Assembly (NCBI GenBank): GCA_951406725.2
Contig: OX597826.1
Location: forward strand, 24,304,001-24,368,000
From: Octopus vulgaris
Taxonomy: Eukaryota
DNA: 64,000 bases
Direction: 5' to 3'
Both the position numbers and the translations under genes were made by a program. The notes under the pieces are model-generated. The model had not been told where the DNA came from and made no database searches. It saw only the letters and a program-made list of their open reading frames with translations. Every line of letters starts with the position of its first letter. Position 1 is the first letter of the stretch. Of the stretch, positions 1 through 14,363 are shown piece after piece.

Positions 1-674
1 AACATTAAGTAAAAATATGATTATGATGTGCATTACTGCAAATAACTATTGATATTATTATTCTAGAAAAAGTAGTAGTGGTGGTGGACAGTTTATCTTA
101 TCTTTTTTGCGGTTGGAAAGGTAATGAATAGGATCCAATTTTCCAACAAAATTTCATGGGTGAAGTGGTGCAGTATCTGAAGTTCATTAGAAATGGATGA
201 ATAAATGAACTGAGGGGGAGGGAGGGAGAGAGAGAGAGAGAGTGTGAGCCAGAGTGAATGTTTGAGTGTGAGGTTATTCTGTAAACTCATTTCAAGCAGT
301 TGGTTGCCATAGAGTAATTGTACTTTAATTGTAACTGAAGATAGTGATCTTAATGGTAGTTGTGGTAGTGATGCTGCTGGAGAAGATAAGGATGTGGTGG
401 TGGTGGTGGTGAAGGAAAAAGTATGTGGGTGTGGCTTAGGAACTGATAACCCTGTTGCTGTTACCAATTTTGATGATTGCAATGTTAGGAACAAAATTTA
501 CACAATAATATTCAAGATGCTGCTGCTGATGATGATGATGATGATGATGGGCATTCATGGTGATTACAAGATTCATGACAATGATGTTGATGATGATGCT
601 CGTATGTTACATTTGCAACACATTGGCTAATGAGAAATACACATTCATTTTCCTCAGTGGTATACACATGCATA

Positions 675-725
<51 letters not shown>

Positions 726-1054
726 CTATGAATTCATGTGTGTGTATATATACACCCACACAATATGGGATAATTGTTTACAAATACTTGCCAATTATTT
801 GGTGGACAAAATTGTGTGCAGGTGTGTTATATTGTAAACACGACTATTTTAATTACCACACGGAAGAGACATTTTAGCCAATTAAAAATACATAGAGACT
901 GTTAACTTCACTGAAACGATTATTATTTGGTGTCAAACATTTTTGTCACACCAACTGCAACTTGGTCAGTGATGCAGTTCCATTATGTCTGGCTTCTGGA
1001 GAGGTTGTCAGTTAGCGTATATAGGTTTCAGGATTATAAACTTTTCATCTACAT

Positions 1055-1366
1055 CTGTGGTTCCCAAAGTTTTTTCTGGTTGCCACTCCCTTGACAGCTA
1101 GGCCACATTCCTAGCATCCCCCACCCCAACTAACCACCACAAACTAGACCCCTTTCTGAAGCAAATTCAAAGCAACTGTATTTCACAAATAAAACTTAAA
1201 CCTAATGAACCCATTATGTTGTTGTTTTTACATAGATCACTGTGCCATTATTGCCCCACTTTTTCCATGAATCTCTACCCCATTATCACACCACTTTTCT
1301 ACACCGCCCCCTTGGATCTTTCCACCACCCCCAGTGGAGCAATACTGCCCACTTTGGGAACAACTG
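1055..1366. mobile_element. hAT (Charlie-like) MITE
   Basis: TIRs ctgtggttcccaaagt / actttgggaacaactg; perfect 8-bp TSD ATCTACAT (1047-1054, 1367-1374). Confidence 0.85.
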
Positions 1367-2491
1367 ATCTACATTGTTGTCAGTCATTCTGGTTAGGTAC
1401 CTGACAAGTACACCAGCAAAACAACTATTCCAGTTTCTCACTAACCCTTTGGCATTCAGATTACTCTGTCAAAATGTGATGCTTATTTATTTATATTGTT
1501 TAGAATCATCATGCATTATCTCATAGTTTTGAGAGTTCAATGATGTGATTATTTAGTTTCAGGAATGACATTGTAGGGTAAGTGTGAGAGGCCAGATCTT
1601 GTCACTTTGAACATTAAGCAGGTATAATATTAGGGCAAGATTTGACTGGTTCAAATGCTAAAGCATTAGTGAGATCTTTCCCCTTTTTTTTCCCATTTGG
1701 AAGAATATTTTTCCAAATTCTGTCAGTGTGAAGCAACATTAATAGGAAGCACTGCTCATGTTATTGTTTATTGGGGTTTTTTTTTTTTGTTACTTTTTAT
1801 AATATAGCCAGTTGATGAGGAGTTGTTCTCAAGTCCCTTTGCAGGCCCTCTCAGTGGAGTTCATGTAGTCACTGCTCCAGCTTGGACATCAACAAGTCAA
1901 GTCGTTATCACATGAAAATTTGGTTTCATTATTTGCTTCATCTAATTCTGTTACACAATGTTCTGATAATAATGAGCACACACATATCTGTATGCATGTA
2001 TGTATATATGTATATAGATGTTGTGTATAGATATATATGTATATATCTATATGTATGTATATCATCATCATCATCGTTTAACGTCCGTTCTCCATGCTAG
2101 CATGGGTTGGACGGTTCGACGGGGGATCTGGGAAGCCAGAAGGCTGCACCAGGCTCCAGTCTTATCTGGCAATGTTTCTACAGCTGGATGCCCTTCCTAA
2201 CGCCAACCACTCCGTGAGTGTAGTGGGTGCTTTTTATATATAAATTCTTTTATTCTTTTCAGTCATTTGACTGCAGCCATGCTGGAGCACCACCTTTAGT
2301 CAAACAAATCAACCCCAGGACTTATACTTTGTAAGCCTACTAATAACAGTCTTTTTGCCAAACTGCTAACTTACGGGGACCTAAACATACCAACATCGGT
2401 TGTCAAGCGATGGTAGGGGGACAAATGCATACACACACACACTCTCTCTCTCTCACACACACACACACCCACCCACACACACACACACATA

Positions 2492-2533
<42 letters not shown>

Positions 2534-3330
2534 TATAGATATATATATACGATGGGCTTCCTTCAGTTTCTGTCTACTAAATCCACTCACAAGGCTTTTG
2601 TTGGCCCGAGGCTATAGTAGAAGTGCCATGCAGTGGGACTGAGCCCAGAACCATGAGGTTGGTAAGCAAGCTACTTAACACACAGCCACTCCTGCACCTA
2701 TATATATATAATAATAATAATAGGCAAATGGATTATCTGATATTGCTATAATTGTTTCATTAAGATTATTATTGTCACATAAGCATAATATAGTCAAGTA
2801 TGCAATTACATAATATAGTATGTTACTCAACTTATCAGGCTACCAAACAAACAAAGAAGCAAGCTGTGATCTTTTGATTAATCCACAGATCATCAACCAA
2901 TGTATTTATTTCCATTTCATCATCATAAAATTTTGCATTTGCAGCAAGAGAGCTTTCATGTGGGTATCTTATCTGCTAGAAACACCAACCAACCAACCAG
3001 CCAAATTTCATTCAAATTGCATTCTATCATCTTAAACAAAAAAAGAATGTATTAACTATATGTGTATGCATATGCATACACATGTCTACATTCATGCATA
3101 TGTACGCATAAAAAATACAAACATTCTTAGAAATCTTACATGGTCTACTCACCAGCAATAAAGAGCAAGATTACACATATGTACACAAACATGCATGTGC
3201 ATACGCACATTTCAATTTTACATATATAGACAGACAGAACTGCAAGCAATTGATGGTCATCGTCGTGCTTGAAGGGTGATAGTCTATATTAGTAAGTTAA
3301 ATATCTAGATCTCTTTAGCTATTTATATAC

Positions 3331-3395
<65 letters not shown>

Positions 3396-4436
3396 TATGT
3401 GTTTATATATATGTCTGTGCATGTGTGTATACACACGTGAGAGAAATCATTACAGAAGTGATTATATAGATCTCTGTATTTAACTTGTTGGCTTTTAATG
3501 TGTGTTTATCATAGATGCTGATCACCAGGGAGGTAGGTTTCTGACTCTCTACCTGCCCATCCCCAACATTTTCTGTCTCCTCCTCCTCCTCCCTTATTGT
3601 TCTTGGTACTTAGCAAAATATTCCAGCCAGTCTTGCTAAATGGCTGAAGATGTTTGTTAGAAGTAGTAATTACATAACTAACTCTAAGACAGTTCTGGAT
3701 TTTTTGTTTTTCTTTTTTTAGTCTTATTGCAATTACTATTTTTAACTACTAATATTGCCACTCTCACCACCATTATTGTTAGTAGTAGTAGTAGTAGTAG
3801 TCGTAGTAGTAGTGCTGGTGGTAGTCACCATCACCACTACTACTACTACCACCTACCAATGATAATAATGTCAAAAAATATTCGTGTTTTCTTAAGTAAA
3901 ATTGTTGTTTCTGTGTTCGTGCTTTTCTTATATTTTTTTTCTTGCCATCGTTTTGCTTATTCTTTTCTACCACTGCTCCTCAGCCTTCTTATCGTCCTCA
4001 TTAACCCCCCCCCCCGTTCTCCCCTCTCCCCTTCTTTTATCATTCCTTCATATTAGCTCAAATCTCTTCAGGTGGTTGTCTCGATGTTGTTGTTCTTGTG
4101 TCTACGTAGCTTATTTAATGGCCATTGAGCTTCGTTAAAAAAGAAGCGGTGCACTGCTGATTACCGTTAATGATTCTGGCATTGTTCTGCAACATAAACA
4201 TAAAGAAAAATAACCCTGAAAAACCTCACATCCAGCTTCTTGTCCTTACTTTTATCATAGAATCATCTTCTCCTTGCCATTGTCAATATCTCCAATTGTT
4301 ATCTCAATTTGATAAATGAAGATAACATCACACTATGTCACTCTGAATGATGATTCCACAACCAAACAGCTTCACACTCTTATACAGATTCTTCTTATTT
4401 ATTTTATTGTTGCTGTTTATTATTATTATTATTACT

Positions 4437-4951
4437 GAGTGAGAGAGCAGTGCATGCCATCAAAGTGACACTGGGGTAAAATATACAAAGCCCAGTATAC
4501 CCATCACGACTACCTGTCTGATAAGGATACACCAGGCACATGCATCACAACCATATGTGCGTGACATGGTGATCTCATATCAAGATAAACAGCACATGAC
4601 CTTGCAGGTGGAGCCCAGTTAGAATTTTCTTCTGGTCAAGTAGCTCATACCGCTCAAAAGGTCCCTGAATAAGGGTTGTTTAAGGATGTTGAACTAACCA
4701 CCCATGTTTCCAGAGGTGAATTATTCAAACCTCCAAGAATTCCTTTCAACACATGGCTATGATGCTCCCCCGCTACTTCTGCTCGTGGTCAGAGATGCAC
4801 ATATCGTCAGCCACTAAGGGACATGCTCAACTGGCTAAGGTCAAACAACTGACAAGCAAATCTGTGGTATTGAGCAGAATATTTGCTGTAGCCCATATTT
4901 TATATCAAGACAAAACAATGTACATGAGAACACTTCCAATCAGTTAAGATC

Positions 4952-4953
<2 letters not shown>
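4437..4953 (-). mobile_element. Second, slightly truncated copy of the (TTA)n-targeting element
   Basis: Same start gagtgagagagcagtgcatgccatcaaag; lacks the last ~38 bp; (TTA)n on both sides. Confidence 0.65.
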
Positions 4954-4984
<31 letters not shown>

Positions 4985-7477
4985 TCAAATGCTGCTGAAG
5001 TCAGCTTTGCATTTCATCCTTTCAGGGTCAATAAAATAATACTAACTGAACACCGGATGCAATGTAATTGATTCATCTCCTCTCCCCCCAAATTGCTGGC
5101 CTTGTGCCAAAATTTTAAATCGTCATTATTACTAGTAGTTGTAGTAGTACAAAAGAAATTCTTGTTGTTGTTGTAACTGCAAATTGCTGCAACGACATGA
5201 CTTCATTCAGACTTTATTCTAATTCAAGTCTAACAGACTTGCAGGCAACAACAACCATGGCACTTCAAAGAGGTAAACAGGTTTATCCATCAGATATTTT
5301 ATTCATTCCTACAGACTCTCCCTCCCTGCTCCACACCCCTCCAATCCATACTTCCATCCCAATAAGATTCATCAAAGACTTATGTTTTATTTTTTTATAC
5401 ATTCATTTATTTTCTTATCGTTAATGTACCTTTAGATAAATTAGCAAGTTTTATTTATTATATTTACTTATTTATTTTTCTCATTTTTTTCTTTATCCAA
5501 ACTGCCTTTGATATAACAAATGGAATATATATTTATATTTTTCTTTTGTTTTTTTTCTTTCTTTTTCTTTTTATCTTGCAAGGTGTAAATATTTGAATAA
5601 TGGTGGGTAGGTTGGTGGAGAATTGCTGATATACATTCTTATTATTTTAACCATCATCATCATCATCATTATTAAATCAAGTTTCCTTCCTTATTTCTCT
5701 TCACTTTTTTTTTTTTGTCTTCTAAGAAAGAATTTTGAAAGATGTTGCCAAATGAAATAATCCTGTTAGTTAGAAGTCTAACGTAATAAAACAGGAAGTG
5801 AAATAAATAAATGAAATATGAAATGATAAGATTTAGATAAGAAATAAGCAGGAAAAGAAAGAAAGTAACCAAAAAAAGTGGTTCTTTCTTAAAATTGCGT
5901 TTCCATTTGAAACAAATTTAATAATTAGATTAATATTTGTTATTTATTATGAATAATAATATGAATACAATAACATATTTTATATTATTAATATTAATGT
6001 TTTTATATAAATAATAATATTATATATCATTATTTATCTATTTAAATTGAACATATTTGGTTAGTCTTACATTTCTCTGGTTGATGTTTCTGTTGCTGTG
6101 TAGCCATAGATCACCTGTAATCAAGCAAACCTATATATGTCAAAAAGGTGGCAGTTTGACTGGATCAGTATGGCAGTAGATATAATGAAGCATTGCACAC
6201 TTTCTTCTGGCACTCTGTACTCTGAGTTCAAATCCAGCCCAAGGCAACTTTACCTTCTATCCTTTTTAAGGGTCGATAAATATAATACAAGCCCCCAGGT
6301 GGTGAGGTGGTGGAATGGTTTTTGCATCAGACAAATTGACTTTGTGGCATCGTTTCCGTCCTTCTGCATTCTGACAGGGACATCTGTGATGACATTTGTA
6401 CCAGACTGCATCAGCCCATCTTGATCCCTGAATGCCATGAGTGGCATGGATATAGTGGCATGCATAGCCAGCCACTGGTTTTCAATACAAAAGACCTTAC
6501 CTAGAACATTGCAGATACAGTCATATGGTGAACCTTGAATGATACATACCTCAATACCTTTTGGTTCCAACCTGCCTGAAATTGCTCTTGGTTCTGTAAT
6601 GCAAATTCTCTGTTTTAAAGAGATCTGAATTAAATCCTTCCATCAAAATTTCATGTTAATTTATATTTAAACTATCAGCTCAATCATGACAAAATTGTTT
6701 TAATAAATTCTTTGTTATTTTCAAAATTAATTGAAGTAAATGCAGTGTTTTTCAACAAAAATATGATAATGGAAAGGTTAAAACGTCATACAGGTAACTG
6801 CTTAAAAAATTAACTACAATGCACATATATAGGTATGATACACAAATATACGATATATCCACCTAGTGCATATATGTGCATGTGTAGTTTGTGATATGCC
6901 AAGAAGCAGTGAATGGTACCAGAATTTTCAACTTGAGTTGAAATCATTGTTAAAGTATCTTGCATAACTGGAGTCAACACTAGTTAGTTTGTACTAGCAT
7001 CAAGTCATGGCTTCATTATTACAACTGTATATATATGTATGTACATATATATATTTGCTTGCTTGCCTGGCCAGCGGAGTGTCATTATTATTTGAAAGTT
7101 ACAATAGATGGGAGTCCATATATGGTTGATCCCTGTGCCGCCTGACTGGCCCCAGTGCCAGTGGCACATAAAAAGCACCATTTGAGCATGGTCAAATGCC
7201 AGTGTCACACTGATTGGCTCCCATGCCAGTGGCACCAAAAAGCACTATTTGAGTGTGGTCCATGCCAGTGCCACCTGACTGGCTCCCATACCATTGGCAT
7301 GTAAAAAGCACCCACTACACTCTTGGAGTGGTTGGCGTTGGGAAGGGCGTCCAACTGCAGAAATCTTGCCAGATGATATTGAAGCTTGGTGCAGCCTCCT
7401 GGCTTGCCAGTCCTCAGTCAAACCGTCCAACCCATGCCAGCATATTAAACAATAATGATGATGATGATATATATATT

Positions 7478-7703
7478 TCTTTATTGCCCACAAGGGGCTA
7501 AACATAGAGGGGACAAACAAGGACAGACAAAGGGATTAAGTTGATTACATCGACCCCAGTGCGAAACTGGTACTTTATTTATCGACCCCGAAAGGATGAA
7601 AGGTAAAGTTGACCTCGGCGGAATTTGAACTCAGAACATAACGACAGACGAAATACCGCTAAGCATTTCGCCCGGTGTACTAACGAGTCTGCTAATGCCG
7701 CCT
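7478..7703 (-). mobile_element. tRNA-SINE with a Meta-like central domain; copies ~10116-10337(+), 13907-14125(+), 36306-36762(-), 58837-60660(+, several), 61340-61710(-), 61850-62015(+), 63475-63605(-)
   Basis: gagttcaaattccgccgaggtcaactttacctttcatcctttcggggtcgataaa...gtaccag domain. Confidence 0.75.
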
Positions 7704-7734
7704 TAAATATATATACACACACACACACATGCTC

Positions 7735-7966
7735 ATAAGTGAGCACATAAGTGCAAAACAAGGTGATAAAATACTTGAATACCAAAGGTAAAGTAATATA
7801 CTTTTTATTAAAGCTGCAATGATTATCATAGTATTGTTATTCAGAGTTTCATGTTCCCATCCATCAGACAGTTGTGATAAATACACAACTGTCCAACGAA
7901 TGGCGAATGGAAACATGAAATTCTGAGTAAGTTTTGCGAAAATTTTGCAGTTTTATCAAAAAGTAT
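7735..7966 (-). mobile_element. Penelope-like pLTR remnant with inverted copy and two degenerate hammerhead motifs
   Basis: Foldback ~7798-7966. Minus: caactgt CTGATGG atgggaacat GAAA ctc t gaa TA acaat. Plus: caactgt CCAACGA ... GAAA ttc t gag TA ag. Same family as 31088-31260. Confidence 0.6.
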
Positions 7967-8889
7967 GCATATATATATGTATTGTGTGTTGTGACCCACT
8001 TCGGTCATGAATGACCATGGGATTGCACCTAGAAAGTTACCCCCCGAGGCACAAGTCTGGGCAAGGTTGTTTATGGAAGACCAGCAGTCGCCCATGCATA
8101 CCGGCCTCCCCTCTCCATGCTACCAATGTTATCCAAGGGAAAGGCAAAGGCCAATACAGCTTGGTACCAGTGACGTCACAGCTCATTTATTAATGTGCAA
8201 GTGGCTAAGCATTTCACAGACACGTGTACCCTTAACGTAGTTCTTGGGGAAATTCAGCATGACACAGAGTGTGACAAGGCTGGCCCTTTGAAATACAGGT
8301 ACAAGAGAAAGAGGAAGAAAGAGTGAGAGAAAGTTGTAGTGAAAGAGTACAGCAGGGTTCACCCCCCCCCCCTGCCGGATCCTCATGGAGATTTAGGTGT
8401 TTTTGCTCAATAAACACTCGCAATGCCCGGCCTGAGAATCGAAACCATGTTCCTATGACCGCATGTCCGTTGCCCTAATCACTGGGCCATTGCGACTTCA
8501 CATATATATGTATACACACACACACACACTTCTACATGTCTGTGTATGTGACAGGCTTCATACAGTTTCTATCTTGGGGAGAGAAAGACATACATATATA
8601 TATATATATGTATGTATATATATATATGTATGTATGTATGTATTTTTATTAGAGTATTATTATATGCATGTATGTATGTATGTATAGAGTGCATGTGATA
8701 TTAAAAATGTTTTTGCCCTAAGGATGCTGACCTTATTAACTCAACATTCATCACCATCACCAGCCCATCTCTTCAATTCTATTTTCATTTGTTTCCTATT
8801 ATATTGAATTATAATTCATCTCTAATCAACTTATTTATGTGAGATACCTTGTTATTAGTGCACTTGCTCTTCATGCGCCTTGTTACACA

Positions 8890-8924
<35 letters not shown>

Positions 8925-9133
8925 TGTGTCTACACATGCAGATGTTCAGACGGATTCAAATGCATACAAGTGACATAATGTGTGTGACCATATAAGCGTA
9001 CGTTACTTGTCCATGATAAGCACATGTGCTCGTATACACACACACATACAGATAGATCTGTATGCACTTACACATATCATTGCAAATCAACACATCTACA
9101 TATGCATGCGTTCTCATAAGCAAACACATGCAT

Positions 9134-9166
<33 letters not shown>

Positions 9167-9990
9167 TACAAATATAATCTGGGAAGCTTCAGGGCACCAA
9201 AGGCTTGGCAAATGATGTACCTTCTTTCATTGTCACACAAATAGATACAAGTAGATGCACACTCACCCTCTACTCTCTCTCTCTCTCTCTCTCACACAAA
9301 CCCAGGCACTCACCCCTTTTTTTTCTCACTTAATATACTCTCCCACTGTCACACACTCCCTGTCTCACACACAGACAGACTCCTCTGCTATTTAAAAAAC
9401 TTTCCCTGCCCCCCCCCCACCTTTCACTCATAAACACGTACATGCTCACTGTCTCTCATACGTAAATTCTTTCTTTCTCTCACACACACACATGCACTCT
9501 CTATCTCATATTGTCTCATGTTCTCACACACACACACACACGTGCGCACACTCTGTTCTTTTCTCTTTCACACACTCTCTCATGCTCACACTCTCAGTTT
9601 CTCTTCTCTCTGCCCCCCCCCCCCCCCATAATTCTCCTTTATCATCCATCTTAAATACATATTTTCCTGAATATTTATTATTAAACATTGTAGAATTTAA
9701 TGTGATTACCGTACAAAGGGTCTTGTGTAATAACTATTTTAAATGTCAAAAGGAGAAAAAAAAAGAAAAACGTGGGCTTAAATCTAAATTAAATTAAATT
9801 CTCAAAATATTTCTCAAAATTAATGGTTCCAAATGTAGAATTAATGAACTATTTAATTTTTATTGAGTTTAGCACTGGTGATTAGTACCATGTAAAAAGC
9901 ACTAGTGCTGCTGCCAAGTAAAAAGTTCTGGTGCTCAGTAAAAAGCACTATGGAAGCTGTGGAAAGTAGTTATCTTTAACTATTTAACAG

Positions 9991-10063
9991 TCCCATGTGG
10001 TTGAGTGGTTAAGATCCCTGGTGTTCACCCAGGTGGTTCCGGGTTCGATTCCTGTCATGGGAA
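9991..10063 (+). tRNA. tRNA-Glu(TTC)-like gene, probably a pseudogene
   Basis: TCCCATG...CATGGGA-A acceptor stem; CCTGG-TGTTCAC-CCAGG anticodon arm; GGTTCGATTCC B-box; T6 downstream. U33 is replaced by G and the D- and T-stems have mismatches. Confidence 0.7.
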
Positions 10064-11867
10064 ATTTTTTATAAGGCTTAGGAGTGGCTGTGTGGTAAGT
10101 AGCTTGCTTATGAAGGCGGCAAGCTGGCAGAAACGTTAGCACACCAGGCAAAATGCTTAGCAGTCTGTCTTTACATTCTGAGTTCAAATTCCACGGAGGT
10201 CAACTTTGCCTTTCATCCCTTTCGGGGTCAATAAATTAAGTACCAGCCACGCACTGGGGTTGATCTAATTGACTTAATCCCTTTGTCCTTGTTTGTCCCC
10301 CTCAGTGTTTAGCCCCGTGTGGGCAATAAAGAAATAAGTAGCTTGTTTACGAACCACATGATTCCAGGTTCAGTCCCACTGCATGGCACCTTGGGCAACT
10401 AAAGCCTTGTGAGAGGATTTGGTAGACAGAAACTGAAAGAAGCCTGTCGTATATATATATATATGTATGCGTGTGTGTATAAGCATTTCGCCCAGCGTGC
10501 TAACGATTCTGCTAGCTCGCATTGACAAATGGCAGAAAAATAGTTCTTTTAGATGTTACAACTATATTTGAAACATTAATTCTTTACAATTTGTATGTAT
10601 GTGAATATATGTGTTAGTGTGTGTGACATACACATACACACACACACACACACGTCATGTAGGCATCGCTATGTAGATACGAATCGCACTTTGCAACCAC
10701 ATGGTTTTAGGTTCAGTCCCACTGTACAGCAGCTTAAGCAAGTATCTTCTTATATGTCTTTAAGTCAACCATTGCCTTGTGTGTGAATTTATTAGATAAG
10801 AACTTTGTGGAATCCTGTTGTGTGTGTATGTATGTATATAGGCACAGACATGACCATGTGGTAAGAAGCTTGATTCCCAACCACATAGTCCCAGGTTCAC
10901 TCCCACTGCGTGGCACCTTGGACAAGTGTCTTCTACTATAGCCTCAAGCTGACCAAAGCTTTGTGAGTGGATTTAGTAAACAGAAACTAAAAGAAATCCA
11001 TTGTATATATATGTATATAAATATCTATGTGTGTGTGTGTGTGTCTTTGTGTCTGTGTTTGTCCCCCATTACAGCTTGACAACTGGTGTTGGTGTGTTTA
11101 CATCCCTGTAACTTAGTGGTTCAGCAAAAGAGAGTAATAAGTACCAGACTTACCAAAACGTTAAGTACTGGGGACAATTCATTCGACTAAAGATTCCTCA
11201 AGACGATGCCCCAGCATGGCCACAGTCTAATGACAGAAACGAGTAAAAGATTAAAGATATGTGTGTGTATGTGTATATATATATATTTATTTTATTCTTG
11301 TATTTGTTTCAGTTATTTGAGTGTGGCCATACTGGAGCACCACCTTTAGTCGAGCAAATTGACTCCAGGACTTATTCTTGTAAGCCTAGTACTTATTCTA
11401 TCGGTCTCTTTTGCTGAACCGCTAATTTACGGAGACGTAAACACACCAGCATCAGTTGCCAAGCAATGGTGCAGGGACAAACACACACACACACACACAT
11501 ATACATATATGACGGGCTTCTTTCAGTTTCCATCTTCCAAATACACTCAAAAGGCTTTGGTTGACCTGAGACTATAGTTGAAGACACCCAAGGTGCCAAG
11601 CAGTGGGACTAAACCTGGAACCATGTGGTTGGTAAGCAAGCTTCTTACCACACAGTCACTCCTGCACCTATATATATATATATAATATATTTATGCTTGA
11701 TATTAACTGCCTGTAACTCAATGTAATTAAGTGTTCCCTGATGACCAGTTCTGGTTAAGCATGCAAATACAATTGGAACACCTCATGCAGGGTTCCAAGC
11801 AACCATAACTGTGTAAAGTATATAGGAACTAATAATATAAACTTGTGTTTGCCATAATTTCTCTTGA

Positions 11868-11908
<41 letters not shown>

Positions 11909-12137
11909 CATACATATTTAACAGAAAGGAATAGAAATGGCATTTCTGATAAGTTTTCCACTTTAATAATTGAATGTTTATAAATCGTGACTGTGTTTCT
12001 AGTTTCTCACTTAAAAGCAGTTTTCAAACTGATATTTTAGAATTTGCTATCCACTGTGTAGGTAGGGCTGTTGAACTACACACACACGATATTATGTATG
12101 TATGTGTGTGTGTGTGTGTATGTGTATATATATATAT

Positions 12138-12170
<33 letters not shown>

Positions 12171-12478
12171 ATGCCATATGAGCTTTTAGCATATACATTG
12201 CTTTTGCTGATTGCTTTAGATGCCTCTGTGGCCATGAGCAGACATAAATACCCTCTCCACCCTACCCCTGTCTCAACCCAGAAGAGCATCTTGTATGTCA
12301 CAGCTCGAAGGAGAAAGAACTGCACCAGCACCCAGCTGATACTCATTTTCAGCTGAGTAGACTGGAGCAGTATGAAGAAGTGCCTTGCCCAAGAATACAG
12401 TGCACTGCCTAAATCCAGGAATTGCACTCATGACCTGGTTGAGAGCCCAGCACTCTGGTCCATTATGTCATACACACA

Positions 12479-12514
<36 letters not shown>

Positions 12515-13760
12515 TAAACTTGTTAAACCTTTTGCTAATTTGTTATCCAATATAGTGCTTACTTCAGCACCATGATAACCCACCAGAGACTACCCCAAGT
12601 TCTATGATACAAACTTCCTGTTTTAAAGTGATCTGAATTTAAAACCTTCCATCAGAATTTTATATCAGTTTAATTTCCAACCATCATGACAAGAATTCCT
12701 TTACAAAATTATTTGTTATTTGCAAAATTGTTTGAAACACACAGTGTAGTTTAACCTTTTTGATTCCAATCTGTCTGAGACCACCCCTGGTCCTATGACA
12801 CAAGCATCCTTTTGTAGAATGACCTAGATTTAATCTTCTATTAGAACTTCAAGTTCATTTTTGTTCCAAGCACTAATTTAACACTGGCTAAGTTATTTGA
12901 GAAAATTCTTCATTATTTTCAAAATTAAGTGAAAGAAAGGAAATGTATTTCCATAGAAATATGGTAACTAAAGGGTTAACTTTCAGGCCACACATGAAAT
13001 TGAGGGGAAGATAAATTTTGCAGGTTTTACTTTTTTATATTTTACATATTTATTAAAGTTGCTTGTTGTTCCCATTATTCAGAGCTTAGTGCCATTTGGC
13101 AATCTTCAGATTGCATAAAGAAATTTATAAAACAATTTTTTTTAAATCTAATTTTTTTATGCTTGATAAAAACCATTGTTTTAGCTCTTTAGCATTTAAG
13201 TTGGCTGTATCCAGCCCAAATATTCCACCTGTTTTATGTTCATACTGGCCATATAGGGCCTTTCACACCTATCCAACAATGTCATTCTAAGAATAAACAA
13301 TCACATCATTGAAATCTCAAACCTATGAAATAGTGCTTGGTTGATTTGAAACATTGTGAATAAACAAATACTACATCTGACTGAATATGGGATTGCACTT
13401 AGAAAGTTACCCTCCCAAGAACAAGTGGGGGCAAGGTTGTTTATGGAAGACCAGCAGTCGCCCATGCACACCAGCCTCCCATCTCCACACCACTGATGTT
13501 ATCCAAGAGAAAGGCAAAGTCCAATAGAGCTTGGCACCTGTGACGCTGCAACTCATTTCTCAAGAACACAACATGCAGTCCGGTCCGGGATTTGAACTCA
13601 CAACCTCACGATCGTAAGCTCTAACCACACTGAGCCATGTGCCTTCCCAATTGACAGAGTAAACTGAATACTAAAGAGTTAAATCAGTTACGCGTCTTAT
13701 TAACTGTGGTCATGGCCTAATGTAGCCACTTAGTTTTTAACTATTGACTGCCTAACTCTG

Positions 13761-13881
13761 GCACCTGAAGAAGGCTGGAGGGATCAGCCAAAACATTGTG
13801 TTAACAACAAACAAGATGAGGACAAATATCTGTCAAATGTAAATAATGTACATAATTCCTCATCTCTTAAATATAGAACTG
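13761..13881 (+). mobile_element. Penelope-like pLTR fragment with a decayed minimal hammerhead
   Basis: gcac CTGAAGA aGGCTG gagggat CAGCC aAAAC aTT gtgt. The GAAA/GUH positions appear mutated, consistent with CpG decay. Confidence 0.45.
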
Positions 13882-14363
13882 AATAATATTGTTATCATTA
13901 TTATTAAGGCAGCAAGCGGGCAGAATTGTTAGCACACTAGACAAAATGCTTAGTGGTATTTTGCCCGTTGCTATGTTGTGAGTTCAAATTCCACTGAGTT
14001 CATCAGCTTTGCCATTTGTCCTTTCAAGGTTGATAAATTAAGTATCAATTGAGCACTGGGGTCAGTGTAATTGACCAGTCCTCTCCCACCAAATTTCAAG
14101 CCATGTGCCTATAGTAGAAAGGATTATTTTTATTATTAGCTGCCTTAATCTACAGCAGCTATGTGATCTGAAAATGTGTAAAATTAAGTATTAATGTCTA
14201 AATTAGACAACAAAAATTCCTGTAAGCATATGACTTAAATTCAAGATCTTTGCACTAGTTGAATCTTTTTCTTTTTTATTTTTGTCTTTTTTTGTTTTTA
14301 AATTTAGTATGTCTGTAAATTTGAACAATTTGCTGAAGCAAATAATTTGTATAGCTCTACGCC

